A stretch of 51,949 bases of DNA from Hyphochytrium catenoides (GCA_900088475.1 FLMG01000960.1:1-51949), one strand, 5' to 3'; shown: positions 12,601 through 25,588, numbered from the stretch's first letter. Program-made: numbers and translations. The notes: generated by a model not told the origin, from the letters alone.

Positions 12601-13871
12601 GCAGACATTGATGCAAAGGAGAAGTCGGGCGATAGGCGCAATGGACAATGAAGGGTCTGTTCCTTTCTCCTCTTCCACTACCGGGAAGATTGGTATCCAT
12701 CCTTCCAGTATTGACCCTGTGCAGAGACAAGAAAGCAAGGGGCACAAAGGTGAGACATCCAATCAGTGAACCTTGCATTCTGCCCACTGAAGGTAAGTAA
12801 AAGACACAGCACTGGAATCTCAGATCGCAGTCAAAGGATCTAGATGCGACATATGGCGAACGAGGCCTTGCCTGATGAATGATGACCTAGTAGCTTCTGC
12901 AAGTCCAGTACCGCCGCCCCGCAACAGCTCTCTACTTTCCTGCTCCCTCGCCCGTCATCTTCTTTTCTGTCTTCCCTCCACAGCTCAAGTTTAACCCGTA
13001 GGATCTCCTGACCTTTCACTTTCTCAGAGGTTAGACTCTGGCCACCTAAAGTTCAAAGTTGATAAGTGATGGATGCTTGAGAGAGAGAGAAGTTGTATAT
13101 ACATAGAGGAACAGAACGCAGGAGGAAGAAGTAAGGCCGCTGGGACTGTTATAGCTCCGCAGTGATCGAACAGAGCCGGGCGGTAGAATAGAGATGAACC
13201 TTCCGTAGGGTCTTTGCGTTCTGCTGCCAGAGATGAACCTTCCGTAGGGTCTTTGCGTTCTGCTGCCAGAGTGGGCAGCCACCATCGAATCTTTAACCGG
13301 GCTGGCGATGACGGAGACCGCCACTGAACTCTGCCTTCATCGACATTGAGAGAGGCGGAGGGTGTCTAGGAAAGAACACCTTAGTAAGCTCAACGTGCAG
13401 TTACAGAGGAGAGACAATGAGACATAAGAGTAGTGGATGAGAACGAGAGGAGAAGGGAGCAGTCCAACAGGGCATTGACAAGTGGTGAGCAAAGGAAGAG
13501 CAACTAAGAGGTACGACGTCTTTCGCTTAACTTGGCCAGAAAAGAGAGAGAAAGATGGCGAAGTAGCGACCTACCCTATCGCAGTTCTCATAGACGTTTG
13601 ACTGAAGCTTGATGAAGAAGGAAGTGGTTGTGTCATACTGCGAGGCATAAGGCGCGGCGGCAAATGCAAAGATAAGCTCCAAGACCTCGAGCTCCAGCAG
13701 GGGAAAAGAAGAGACGTTTGATGCCCCGAGTGCCTTCCTCTCTTTTATTACCGAGAAGTCTACTTCTTGGACGCCAGGCAGAGATTTGTCAGGAGTCTGT
13801 TCAGCAGTATTGGCCTCGGCTGGTGCCAGGTTTACTCCAGGCAAGCTATGGACCTCCATCCCTCTCGACAT
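6653..13871 (-). CDS. Large multi-exon protein: C2-like domain, Dzip-like_N (Iguana/DZIP1) domain, coiled coil, acidic linker, multiple EF-hands
   Basis: C2-like: ILRVKLELWRED..CCGAAVLDLQKLL..EGWIPIF. Dzip-like_N: FEFQPLAGEVDWHDVIAFDVDDLLNRGD...LQVLQYTMQYLMH. EF loops: DSNKDGRIDRSE, DLDGNGSLDPEE, DSDGDGCITVSE, DQDQNGEVSLNE, DGDNSGKVTTEE, DVNGDGIVSIKE, DIDNNHSVGWSE. Exons join in phase; one donor is GA. Confidence 0.85.
13190..13271. repeat. Perfect 39-bp tandem duplication spanning an exon/intron boundary
   Basis: agagatgaaccttccgtagggtctttgcgttctgctgcc x2, followed by agag. Confidence 0.95.
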
Positions 13872-14417
13872 GCATGGCTAGTGCTGAAAGATGAACCTCG
13901 CCTCCACCTCACTCAGGCTGTTATGCCTGGCAAGTTAGGACGAGCAGCTGAAGGTGACCCGCTGCTAACGCTGGGTTTGCCTGGCTCTCCTCGGGCACAG
14001 CCGCTTCCATTATCTTCTCTGTGGCTTCTCTCCACTATGAGCCTCACTCTCCTTTGTCCTTCTTCCATCCTCGTCCTCTCTCTCTACCCTCTCTCGGTCA
14101 GTCTGTCTCTCGCTGTCTTCCTTCCTCTCCGTCCTTGTCTCTCTCGCCTCCTCGCTTCTCATCGCTCCGCTCCCACTGTCCTTTAGACCTCAGCAGAAAT
14201 CTCTTCTTCTCTCTTTACGAACCGCCACGCTTGGGCTTCTTTCCTTTCGCATCGCATACTAGTAACTAAGGCGTAGTCTTGACACTGATATGACCTTGAT
14301 AACTAAATATTCCGATTGGGTCTGAATCGATTTACCGGTAAAACAGTATTGTATCAGTTCCTCATAGTAAGCCACTACTACGATACTAGAGCATAACAAA
14401 AAGGGAGAGAGAGGGCA

Positions 14418-14425
<8 letters not shown>

Positions 14426-14448
<23 letters not shown>

Positions 14449-14504
14449 GAGNNNNNNNNNNNNNNNNNNNNNNNNNNNNNNNNNNNNNNNNGAGAGAGAG
14501 AGAG
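14426..14504. repeat. (GA)n microsatellite interrupted by an assembly gap (N 14452-14491)
   Basis: Seen directly; lies in the divergent intergenic region. Confidence 0.95.
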
Positions 14505-15494
14505 AACCGAGGGTTCCGTCTGGTAGGACGCTTTTCTGCAGGATTATTCCCTGTCTTCCGCTAGTCGTTCCACTGCCTGACAGAGATCACAGCTCCATAC
14601 AGGCCAAAGACAGGGCTCACAGGCAGTCGTCCCGCCCCCCTTGCCTCCTTCTTAGACAGAGAAGTTCCGTGAACGCCCCTCTCATGCCGTTTTCGACGCT
14701 CTCTCCCTCTCTCTCTCTTTCCTGTCCTCTTCTTCTCTCTCTTTCCTCTCTCTCTCCCTCTCTTTCGATTGTATCTCGTCTCTATTGGTTTAGCTCCTCC
14801 TTTTGTCTCTGTTCCTCGCCCTGTCTGTCTCTTTCAACCCAGCAGAGAGACGAGGAACAAAGAGTGACGCAGGGAGGGGAGAGGAGGGAATTCAGGAAGG
14901 GTCTGCCGTTCTCTCTCCTTCCTTCGTTGGTCGCTTACTTTCCTCATTCACACTTTATTAAACAGGGGGGAAAGGCTTGTTGCTCCTCAGGCTTTGAAAG
15001 GCTGTTCTTCGCGTTGCCGTTGTTGCTGTCATTCCGTCTTTGTCCCTGTTTGTTTACTCGTCTCTCCTTCTCTGTCTCTGCTGCTTTGGACGCACAGCAG
15101 ATGGTTGCTTCTCTCCTTCTCAGATTGAGATTGGAAGAGTACAACGGGAGAAGATACTGGTTGACAAGGAGAGTCAAAGACTAGAGAAGAAAGAGACAGC
15201 AAATTCTTCTCTTTTCCCGCTGCTAGAAGACTCTCTTCCTCGCTCCGCATTGTTCATTAGCTTCCTGCTGCTGTGAGTGCCCAGCGGTAGGTTTTGTTGG
15301 CAATGCTTGCAAACCTTGCTCTACTGGCGCAGAGGCTCTTGGTTGCTTCGTAGCTAGGGCTTCTCCAACAGGAAGATAGAAAGGCGAGCACATAGGCTTT
15401 ACCTTTCCTTTCTCCTTGTTTCATTTTCGCCCATCGTCGGAGGCACCTGATTAGCCAAGGTGCTATAGCTTCAAAGTCCCTTTTAAGGGTAGAG

Positions 15495-17778
15495 ATGGCT
15501 TCTTCGTCATTGCTCTCGCCAGGAGCCGGCTATTTTATGGCAAATAGCGCCGCCTTCGCCAGAGCCTACTATCAGGCAGCTATGGCAGCAGGCTCCCCAC
15601 CAATACCGGGTCATCCCCCGTCTCCTTCCGCCCTGGGTGCAGGCTTCCCAGCCGACTTCTCGTCGTTGAATTACGCTGCATTTGCAGATCCTACGCAAGC
15701 AGCTGCTGTGACTGCTGCTGCCTTAGCGGGACAAGCAATGCTTCAACAACAACAGCAAAGGCGGAGCCCGTTTGTGGTCTCAAGCCGAGGGAGGAGAAAG
15801 TCAGCTGTCCCCTCTCTTCCACCTGCGAGAGGTACCTATATGAGCAAGAGAGGAGGCAAGACTGCACTGCCCATTAGAGGTGGGCTAACCAGTTCCAGGG
15901 GAGGAAGGGCCGGGGTCCACCGTCCTCGAGCGTCCTATCCGGCATATGATCTGACACAGGTAGTCTAACTCGCTTCTAGATTTATGTCTTTGCTTTTGTT
16001 TGATTCTCACTCTCCTGTCCTCTCTGTAGGCACAGAGATCTTTCACACTGGCTCTTGCCATGCAGCAAGCGGCTGCCGCTGGCTATGATCCTAGATATCT
16101 CCTCTTCTCAGGCCTTGGCATGCCGCTGCCGATAGACACAAATGAACCAGGACAATCGCCCGCAACTCGAACCGGCAGAGAGGGCCAGGCAATGGAAGTG
16201 ACGGGCAGTCAAGATCGTTCCCGACAACTTTCTCCAGTTGGAGTGTCACCTGCAGGGTTTGCAGCGTACATGGTACTTTCACTCTCTACCACCGATTGCT
16301 ACCTTACAACTGCTAATCTTATCTAATCAGCATGGAAGGCCCGCTACTACGGCGCCACCCCAGCCACCTAATTCTCTGACGGGTGGACCTCCCGGTGTAT
16401 CCACTGGCCACCCCCCATCGTCGCAAGCTCCACCGGAAGGTTAGTTGAAATGGATTGAGAGGTTAAAGAGAGATATATATATAGAGAGAGAGACAGAGGC
16501 TCACAGATGGGAAAGTGGTAAGGCTCTACATGGGGCAAACGAGGGCCATGTAACCCCGCTAACTTAAGGTTCTTCATATTAGAAGAGTTCCAGTCAGATA
16601 CTGAGAATCTAGAAGGAGTCGCCCTTCGAGTCTTGGTAACGGGAGTTAAGAATAAGGAAGCAGAAAAGGCCATGAAAACAAACGCTAAGGAGACAAGAGC
16701 GATTGACGAGGAGAAGAAAAGCCCTTCTTCAAGGTAACCGTTCACTTAGTAGCCCGTATGAACCACAGAGCAGCTCCCATTATTCTCATCTCCTTGTGAC
16801 AGCAACGGGCAAACGAGGAAGAGCGACGGAGCCAAAGCTAAGCCATGGGCAATGCATGATTTTGCCAAGACGGTCACGAGTCCGACGCTCCCAAGCTTCC
16901 CAAAGGTTAAAAGGTCCACGGATACAGCTTCAGCTAAGGACAAGGTTGCACCGTCTCAAGAGCAACCTATTCCAAAGCCGCAACGCGTTACCACGACCCA
17001 CCCAGCACCCTCAACAAAGCCCAGTAAACTAGCAGCAAACTCGTCCGTCAAAGCTAGATTCACTGGCTTGCGACAAGAGAAATCTACTGCTGCCCGGCCG
17101 AAGGACGACAAGGCGACTCCTCCGGTCTCACCAAAGCTGAACCTTCAAGGCCAAGCTGCCTCGAAAAATGGGCAGCCAGTCTCTCGTCCTTCCCCAAAGA
17201 CCAGCCAGGGGTCCCAAAAGGGCAGCACTAAACCTGCGCCTAGCACATCTGTCAACAGGGCAACGCAGAACATCTCCAAGGTTAGCAAGACTGTGCCCAA
17301 GCAGTCTCCTCGGGGCGAAAAGGGCGGCTCATCGGCTTTAAGGCCAATAATACCTAGGACGACAAGAGTAACACCTTCTCCGTCCCCGACGTCGGGCAGG
17401 TCAGCATCCCCTTCAACGATGGAGAAGCAGCCTGCTAACGGTCCTAAAGCTAGTGCGACAGAGCCTGTAGCTTCCGGCTCAAGAGCCAATGTGCAAGGTT
17501 CTAGCACACTCCAAGATCCAAAGGCCCACGTCTCGCTGAAAGCAAGCAAAACGAAGGCGATACACAAAAAGACAAAGAAGACTAAGAGCGCATCTGCCAA
17601 GGATCTCTCGAAGAAAGTACGCCTTGGAAGACTTGATAAAAGCACCACACGTGTCACAAGATCTCGAAGGACAGGGGAGGACAGCGATGATATGGAAGAA
17701 GATGAGATCGATGAAGAACTCTTCATCATCGCGACGGCGTCCAGAAAGCGCTGGACCACTCATTCTCAGCGTGTTTGA
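15495..17778 (+). CDS. Hypothetical low-complexity (Ala/Pro/Ser/Lys-rich, probably disordered) protein, ~5 exons
   Basis: The ATG 15495 exon joins in phase via GT-AG introns to exons at ~16030, ~16331, ~16582 and ~16803-17778. It has an RGG-like segment and a basic/acidic C-terminus; no recognised domain. Confidence 0.7.
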
Positions 17779-17977
17779 ATCTTTTCATAACTAGAAATGT
17801 ATGACTTAGCATCCTGTTCATCGTCAGCCATTGGTGAATCTCTAGATCTCCTTCGTCTAATTTGCTCGGCAACCCTCACTCTAAATAACTTGTCCTCTCC
17901 TAATGCGCCCAGTCACTCTTCTCTCGCCCGCTGCTCAGGCTCGATTCTTCCATCTCTGACCGCTAGTCTACTGGGTC

Positions 17978-19111
17978 TTACTGGCTCTTCCTGTCTTTAC
18001 CTATCTTTCTCTCCCGCATTGCGTTATCGTACTCAAACTTTAGAACGTTGGGGATATGGGCACAGTCCTTGATCAGCAACGCTTTGGCTAGTTTGGTGTC
18101 TTGAATGGCATCGAAATACCGAGCGAACACCTTATGGATGGGAAGATCAGGCCGTATTAGGGAAACAGAAGACACCGCTGGGAAGGAGATACCTTCAGGG
18201 TTAGAGTATCCCATGCGACGGCCACAATGGTTCCAATAAATGTGCCAACCATAACCTGAGGGACTGTGTGATACCCTAGGTAGACCCTTAAAGGGTCAAA
18301 GTCAAGCGGCGATGTCGTTGATGAGGATGTGAGTATGCAAGAGGAGAAGTAGAAGAAGGAACATATAACAGATTGTGCAAAAGAGAGAAAAGCTTTTACT
18401 ACGGAGTGTGTAAGGGACAGAATTGTTGACAACTACCTCGACACTAGCACTCCCAACGTGACCGACCCTAATGCCGTGATGGCCAGCAGCTTCTCTAATG
18501 GACGATCTATCTGGATCCTGGCAACAAGATGAAGCATCAGCACAATGGGGTCTCATCCAGTGCCTCAAAAATTCCACATGGGTACCTCCTAGAGAGAATC
18601 ACCAAGCACGAGACACAGAAGAACGCCATGAATTGTGAATGCCGGGAAGGCATTCCAGCATCCTCCCTATCTGACCCTAATGCAGGTAAGTGCTGGTAAG
18701 AGGTCTCATAGTTGATAGAAGGGTAGCGAAGTCCCGGTCTATGGGTGGCTCAAACCTAACGGGCGCTCTTCATTGACAATGGCCTTCAACGTTAGGTTAA
18801 GCGCATCATTCAGCACCTGAGATCCAGATAGTGGCAGGTGTTATGCCAATGGCAAGAAAGCCTTAGAACATGGTGGCTTCTGACCTGGCCCACAAGCAGG
18901 ACAATCACGATGAGCTCCCGTCTCGCAATGATCAAAGTGGCGTACATAACCATGATGAAGCTATGGACAAGTAAGCGTCAGCTTTAGCAGCGATAGCGGG
19001 AGGAAGGGGTGAAGCTTACATTGGCGCCAGGCTGATCAGAGCCAGCAGGTAGCCCGCTCTGTCTCCTTCTTCATACCGAACGAAGGTAAGAGAGAAAGGC
19101 TTGAGCACCAT
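17978..19111 (-). CDS. DOLPP1: Dolichyl-diphosphatase 1 (PAP2 family), 7 exons
   Basis: Spliced protein MVLKPFSLTFVRYEEGD..LISLAPIFIMVMY..RREL..GQVLND..LKAIVNEERP..GMPSRHSQFMAFF..SRVYLGYHTVPQVMVG..IKDCAHIPNVLKFEY contains all three PAP2 motifs. Confidence 0.93.
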
Positions 19112-20088
19112 CGTGTCCTCTTACAAGCTCAGGCTTCTGAGGAAGCGTTGGCTCCCTGCCTCAACGACTGGGAGAATGGTGCTTGCGTGTCTATGGAGAA
19201 GAAACGGCTCACTGCAAGCGCTTTCGACACGGATTTCTCTTCCTTCTCTTGTCCAGAAGAACGAAGCTGCTAGGCTCCTTTGTGGATCAAGCTTCAAGCA
19301 ATCTTTGCTCTCGCTCTCCTGTCACTTTCTCTCTCTCTCTCTCACTCTCAGTCTTTCTCTCTCTCTGACTCCCTCCTCTCCCTCTCTCCGTTTCTCCCTC
19401 TCTCTGTTTCCCGCTCTTCCTCTCACACACTCAGATTCGAGCTCTCTTTCTCACTCTCTGTTCCTTTCTCATACTAATAATGGACTTACCAGCTCTAATG
19501 TTATTGGTCCAGCTAGTGGTGGACTGGTCATTCGGGTTCGGGATATACTGTCTTCTCATCAGGCATATAGGAGGCGTTACTGCCTCCATTCAGAATTACG
19601 ATTGAAGTTCCCATCATGGGAAACCTCATGGCAAAGCATGTCACTTTCTACTTGTGCATGCTCCTGCTGCACTCTCTCTTGCACAAGTGCTATGGGACAA
19701 CGCGCGGCTGCACCGCTGAAGCCTCTGCCCTGTAGACTTTCCAGCTGATATATCAACGCTTTCAACGCGTGCTAGAGACGAGCACGCGTACCTGTACCAG
19801 AGACAAGAGCGGAGATGGCTCTGGAAATGGTGCGTCGTGTGTTGGCCTCAGCGAAGTTATAAGAAGGGCTGCCGATGTTCGATGGATGGTTAGTAGAGTC
19901 AAAGAGCAAAAGCCAATGAGCCAGGGATAAGGAACACGCAATAGGTCGGCGTGAGGGCCTGATCGGAAAAAGTAGCTCCTAAAGAGAGCTTAGCGGTCCA
20001 CGACTGCAACCTTTTTGAGCTTCAGTAGAAAACTTTCTCTCGTTAGCCGTCACGGTCGACAGGAGAAGTGCTCAACGCTTGATCCAAC

Positions 20089-21152
20089 ATGACTTCAAAG
20101 CGGAGTACGTCCTTAGCTGGGCTTCTGCTCTTCTTCGGGCTGCCTATCTTTGGACTTTCAAATGCGCAACTGCAGATAAAGTGCCCATCGCCATTTCTAG
20201 AAGTGAAGGTGCATGGGTTTGAAGGACTCTTCTGCTCCGAAGGACCGTCTTGTTCAGGTAAAAAGAACCCTAAGCGCTTTTACCTTGCAGCTTGGCCTAA
20301 CTCCGCCGATAACAGACATCGAACCCACGGGAAAATGTCCACTGTCACAGCCCGGTCTGCCAGGGGATTCCGTGTGTGGTTACGATATAGAGACGAAGAG
20401 ATACATGTGTATGCTTGGTACGTTGTCAGCCTTCAAGTGGTGCCTCCCTCTGCTAAGACTCTATCAAACAGAGAAAGAGAAAGCCAAGTCAAGAAGCATC
20501 CCTCTAATATGCGATGGAACAGACGATTGGCAACCGGTTATAGTATACGGCTTCGGTTCATATTGCGTAAAGGGAAAAGAAGGTTGCTCGGCAAAGCATA
20601 GGCAAGGCAATTGCCCAGGCGTTCGAGCGACCTTGCCTGACGGTTCATACTGCGGCGTAGCTCCCGACAAAAGTGTCATGTGTATTCCGGGACAAAATCC
20701 AGAAGTTGTGCTCCTACACATCCTCCCACCTGTTATGCCCACTAACGGTAAGCATCAACTTCAGTGGTATGGCTTTGCTGAACCTGTGAATCTAATATCC
20801 CTGTCCCTTAGCTCAGCAAGATGGACTTACAGGGCAGGCCCCAACAGCTCAGCTGTCTGTCATCGAGCAGCCCACAACAGTCATGCCTCCTAACCTGCGA
20901 ATGAACGTTGTGCCTGCACCCGAGCCTCAAGTTGGAGCACCCTCTACTACTGCCCTCCCTAAAGATGACGGTGGCTTATTGGGGAAGGGCACCGCTATCG
21001 CTGCTATTGCAGCTATTGCGCTGGCCGCAATTGCCCTAATTGCATTTTTCGTTATTTGGAAGAATAAGAGGGCCGTGGCAAGAAGACCATCAAGGAGGAA
21101 GAGTCTGCTTGTCCTCCAGACCCCTACGGACGATCTTAGAGACCCCATGTAG
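20089..21152 (+). CDS. Type I membrane protein with signal peptide, two Cys-rich repeats, Pro/Thr stalk and C-terminal TM helix (4 exons)
   Basis: Signal peptide ...LLLFFGLPIFGLSNA. Repeats: VKVHGFEGLFCSEGPSCS..GKCPLSQPGLPGDSVC..YMC and VIVYGFGSYCVKGKEGCS..GNCPGVRATLPDGSYC..VMC. TM TAIAAIAAIALAAIALIAFFVIW followed by KNKR. Three short in-phase GT-AG introns. Confidence 0.85.
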
Positions 21153-22270
21153 CAGATCCATAACTTATATAAGCTGCAATAATTGCTATATGAATTGCAG
21201 TTCAACCCCATCTCTTTGGAACAAGAGGACTCATTGAGCTCCAAACGTTGGCGTGTCTGAGCAATGCTAGTTCTACACCTGAGGCTTGACCTTATTTCCA
21301 CAGCTCTGAGCAAAATATGTGGCCCTCTGTCTAAGACCTCCGCAAGCAAGCACTCTTGACCGGCCCCATGCTAAGACACGGAGAGAGCTGCCACTGTGAC
21401 CGCTCTGGCCGACTCCACCGCCGGACCTCATTGGTGCGTTGGTCCGCTTTACTTAAAGGAACTCGAGGAGCAGTATCTCGAACCAAACCATGGTCTTCAA
21501 GTCCTGTAGGGAAGGTAGTTCTCGTGAGGCTAGGGCATGGTGTTTCAACTGTCTTTTCCCCAGACTATGCCATTGCTACCTTAGGACCTCAAAGAACTTT
21601 TCGTGGCACGTGTCTCATCAACTACGATAGCTATAACAAAAAAGATGTCAGCTCTTGGACAAGTTCCTCTGGACTGCAGAACTACCTGCGGTCGTCATTG
21701 CTCTTCGCTTGAGCTTGATGCACCTACCTTGGCCTCGCTCCAGGCTTGTCATACGCTGAGCCAGGCCCATCAAAGGCTCTCAAAGGATGTTGAAGAAGTG
21801 CCATAACGGCCCAGAGGCGCTAACCGTCATAGCAGAGAATCAATTCCAAAGAATCAGATTTCTCTATGTCTTGCTGATATGGCCCGTGATTTTTGGGCAG
21901 ATTGAAGGGCTAAAAACAATGATGAAGAAGTGTTGAGATGAGAGGTAGAAGATGATCGAGATGAAGAGAAGCGATGCTTCGACGGTTGGAGACATGAGAA
22001 GGGAGAGCAGCAGAAGCAAAGGAAGGGACGAGCGTTCAGTATCAGTTATGCCCATTGTACCGGGCAGCTATCTCTCCCCACAAGGCAGATAGTAGAGCTC
22101 GTGGGTTCCGGGTCACAGTGTGGCCGAGCCTTGGAAGGTGAGCTCGAGGGCAAGGAACAAGCTGCCATTGGTGTTCTGTTCCTTTCATTATCCTTTCAGG
22201 CGAGATATCGCTGTGAAGCCCTGGGCAGAATCACGCCATCCCGAACTTATCTTGGTACCTGTTACGCATT

Positions 22271-24334
22271 ATGGGAAAGAAGAGACAACATGCTGGAAGC
22301 TATAATATTGACCCTTATGGCGATCGAGTGAGAGAAAGGGCCGAGTCTGCTTACCACCGGTATGAGTCTTTCCGTCCACGAAATCGCCCGCATGAGCGAT
22401 TCTCAAGGGAGGAAAGCCCACCTGACACTTACGAAGGTGGCAGGTGGACATCATCATCCAGCTACCATTCTCATCAGCAGCAGTGGTACGGGGTTGGGGA
22501 GGACCACAGGGCTTCCGGGACGGAGGCTGCTAAGCAGTGTGCTAGCCTGGGCCACCATCCCATAGACTCCAGCAGCAGTTACTCCTACATTGGCCCAGCT
22601 CCACCTTCACTAACTCCAGCTGCAAATGACCAATCACATTGGAAGACAAGTGACTATAGTCAACAACGTTACGAGCGTCCGCAACCGTACGAGCGTGACT
22701 ACATCTCAATTCGTGAAGGCAATTCCAGCTCTATCGGGTACCATACTGAAAGTAAGCACTGGCCTTCATACACTCAAAAAGGCTTGCATCCAAGGGAAAG
22801 GGACCCCAACAATACTTCATCTCACGCTGACCAAGGACATGCCAACTTTCGCATCCCCAAGAGAACCACAAAAAGTGTTGAAGACCTCTCGACCCTGGCT
22901 ATCAACCGAGCTGCAAGCCCTTGGCACCTCCCCACTGGCTTTGAATCCTTTGCCAGAGACTTCAACTCTTCTGCACGTTCATGGAGAGGGCAGGGTTCTG
23001 CTTGTAATCGGCGAGAAGATAGGGACCGCTATTGCGATACCTGGCCCGCCGGGCCTTCGATAGGCTCGACCTCTCGTTCTGTTGTCGAGGGAAGAAGCAG
23101 TAAGAGGCTACTTCTGGTGCTAGATTTAAATGGCACTTTGCTTCATCGAATGGCTTCAGTTGATTGGAGAGACTTGAAGAAAAAGCTTAACGCCAGCGGC
23201 AGTGCTGTCACCGAGCGCTACTATCGCATCAACACCCGAGTTATATTTCTTCGCCCCCACCTAAGAAAATTCTTACTTTATATTCTGCGCCACCATGATG
23301 TGGCCGTCTGGACATCTGCCATGGTGCACAATGCAGCCCCTATAGTTCAGCTGGTCTTTGGGGATCTTCTCTCCGAGGAGGATGTGAAGCGCTTAACGCC
23401 AGAACATGTGCACTCTTCACTTGCTCAGGCACTAGATGCCCTGAAAGAAGGGATGGAGAAGCCAGAAGATAAGTCGATCCAGTCGGCTCAGGAACTGGAG
23501 GAGCTAAACGCAGGCCTTCAGTTTTTGTGGACAGACGTCCAATGTGACATCAGAGGGAAGACCACCAAGAAGAGCAAACGCGATGTTATCAAGGATTTGG
23601 AGAAAATCTGGACGGGCAGGATGGGTGTCAATCATTCCTTGCTTTATGGTTCTCACAATACTCTCCTAATTGATGATTCACCAGAAAAGTTCCGGTATCA
23701 TCGGTGAGCTAGTACCCTTCCTCCTCACTGCAGCGGGTGGACAATGCTTCGAACCGCCGGTGTCCTATCGCCTTTCGACTCTTGCTATGTTACGCCTTCC
23801 TCCCACGTTATCTTTCTTCCGACTCTAGATAGCTTACATCTTCCTGCTTCAACTCACAAATGATTTTCTACTCGAGTAAATGTTTGGTCAGAGCTCTGAA
23901 CCCCTTGTTTTCCTTCCCGTCTCAGACTTAACGGCATTGCTTTGCCCACTTACGAGTATGGGGGAAGCAAATCCCCGGAGGATAAAGAACTCATACGCTT
24001 GGTGGCATATTTAAAGAAATGGGAGCAGGATCCCACGGATCGCATCGAAGACTTTGTCCGAAAGTATCCTTTCTCTGAGCAGCAGTTGCCTACAGGTCAG
24101 GGCTCTTTAGGTTCCAGGCTCTTGTTTCTTCCTCAATTAGGTCCTTGGTTAGTTCTTTAGGTCGTTACTCACTCACCACTCTCCCCTATGTTTGAAGACG
24201 ACGAGCTGTTGAAGATGGACTTCGTTGTCACCTCAAAGGACGAGGCTTCCGGAGCAGAAGAAGCAGTTGCTGCCCCAGTGGAGACAGACAAGGCTCCTCC
24301 GGAAGTGGTGCAAAGCACTGGCCAAGAGAAGTAA
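22271..24334 (+). CDS. FCP1/NIF-like HAD-superfamily phosphatase-domain protein with a long disordered N-terminus
   Basis: LLLVLDLNGTLLHR, FLRPHLRKFL, VAVWTSAM, KDLEKIW, NTLLIDDSPEK; continues via GT-AG introns to exons at ~23926 and ~24198. The last exon is less certain. Confidence 0.88.
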
Positions 24335-25356
24335 GCTAAAGGACCAATTTCAGAAGATAATGTCACTCTGATGGGACAACAGGTGAAGATGGTTGAACAG
24401 AAGAAAAGGTGGGAGCAAGGCAGCGGCTAACCAAGAACCAGGATGAGCAGTCATCAGCGAGTGGGAGAGCAACGTTCTTTTCAGAAGCATCTACCCTTTA
24501 CTTGCTTGAAGTCGCGCTAGGCCCTTCCTTTGGGCAGTGCGTCGTTATAATATATATCTGTACATTAAAGCCTCCAACTAAATAATAGGACTATGGGCTG
24601 CGATAATCAATGCAGGCGTCATTGTAGGAGTGAGAAACAGGTAGTACGTAAGGCCAAGATAACGTTACGCATGAAGAGACTGGAATCAGGAAATGTGGAA
24701 AAGAAAGAGAGTGGAGATAGGTAGGGAAGAATCGTATAATGTCGAAGGAGAGAGCATTCCGAAAGAAGTAGAGGGCTAATGAAGAAACAGGGCACGCGCA
24801 GCTCCTAAGATAAGGTTGGGACAGCCTTGGATTACCTGTAGAATCGGCATTCGGCAGCATCTGCACGTGAAGCTTACGCCGTCGAGCTTGCAAACCTCAT
24901 GTTCTCTATCAGGTTGTGATAGCCGTCTTACACACGTGTATTAGCACTTGACAGTGACGCTGACGAAGACGTACGGCCCAGCATATCACAAAGCAAAGTG
25001 TCGCAGGATAGATAGCACACTTGACTAAGTAAAATAAAGCTTCGCCCAGGGCATAGCCACAGCAACCTAAGAAGCTGCGCCTTTCTTCTTCATCAACATG
25101 AAACTCTTGTATGCCGATACAGCCAGCAAGCAGGCCTAACAACGTCTCTCACTTGTGCCAATTCACTCTGGAGGCCTCCGAAAAGCACGATGAGAGTCCA
25201 CATTGGCAGTCCTCGCATTCAGTTTGCAGTCTACTTGTCTACACCCTGAGCTTCTAGAGATCTATTGGGGTCGCAATCATTCTCACACAGACAGAAGATT
25301 GGAGAAGAACAGTGCTCTCCTGCTTTAAAAGTCTTCAGATAACCTCTAAAAAGGTT

Positions 25357-25437
25357 CGTCAGCGGCAGGATTCGAACCTGCGAGGGAAATCCCATACGAT
25401 TTCTAATCGTACCCAATAACCACTCTGGCACGCTGAC
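25357..25437 (-). tRNA. tRNA-Ser(AGA)
   Basis: Acceptor stem GTCAGCG/CGCTGAC, discriminator G, anticodon arm TACGA-TTAGAAA-TCGTA, long variable arm, GGTTCGAATCC B box, downstream T-run terminator. Confidence 0.96.
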
Positions 25438-25588
25438 TTGTGCTTGGAACCTGAGGATCACCTTACCGTCTATATCCCAGAATAATAAGAAGCCCACGAT
25501 AACTAATTTCGTCCGATCCAATGGAGCTTGATATTCGTCTACTCCAGTCTTCTTCTACCTGGAGCTTGGACAAAAATATCAGTTAAAA

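Noticed and set aside
12717-12871. Apparent GC-AG intron (CAG|GCAAGG) in the EF-hand gene
   Set aside because: A canonical same-phase donor (TAG|GTCATC) lies 15 nt upstream, so a GC donor is not required
17145-17759. 204-aa antisense ORF
   Set aside because: Shadow of the plus-strand low-complexity exon
21230-22200. Short ORFs between the membrane protein and the phosphatase
   Set aside because: No convincing start, splice pattern or motif
24591-25320. Small Cys-rich or hydrophobic ORFs before the tRNA pair
   Set aside because: No consistent spliced model or recognisable motif
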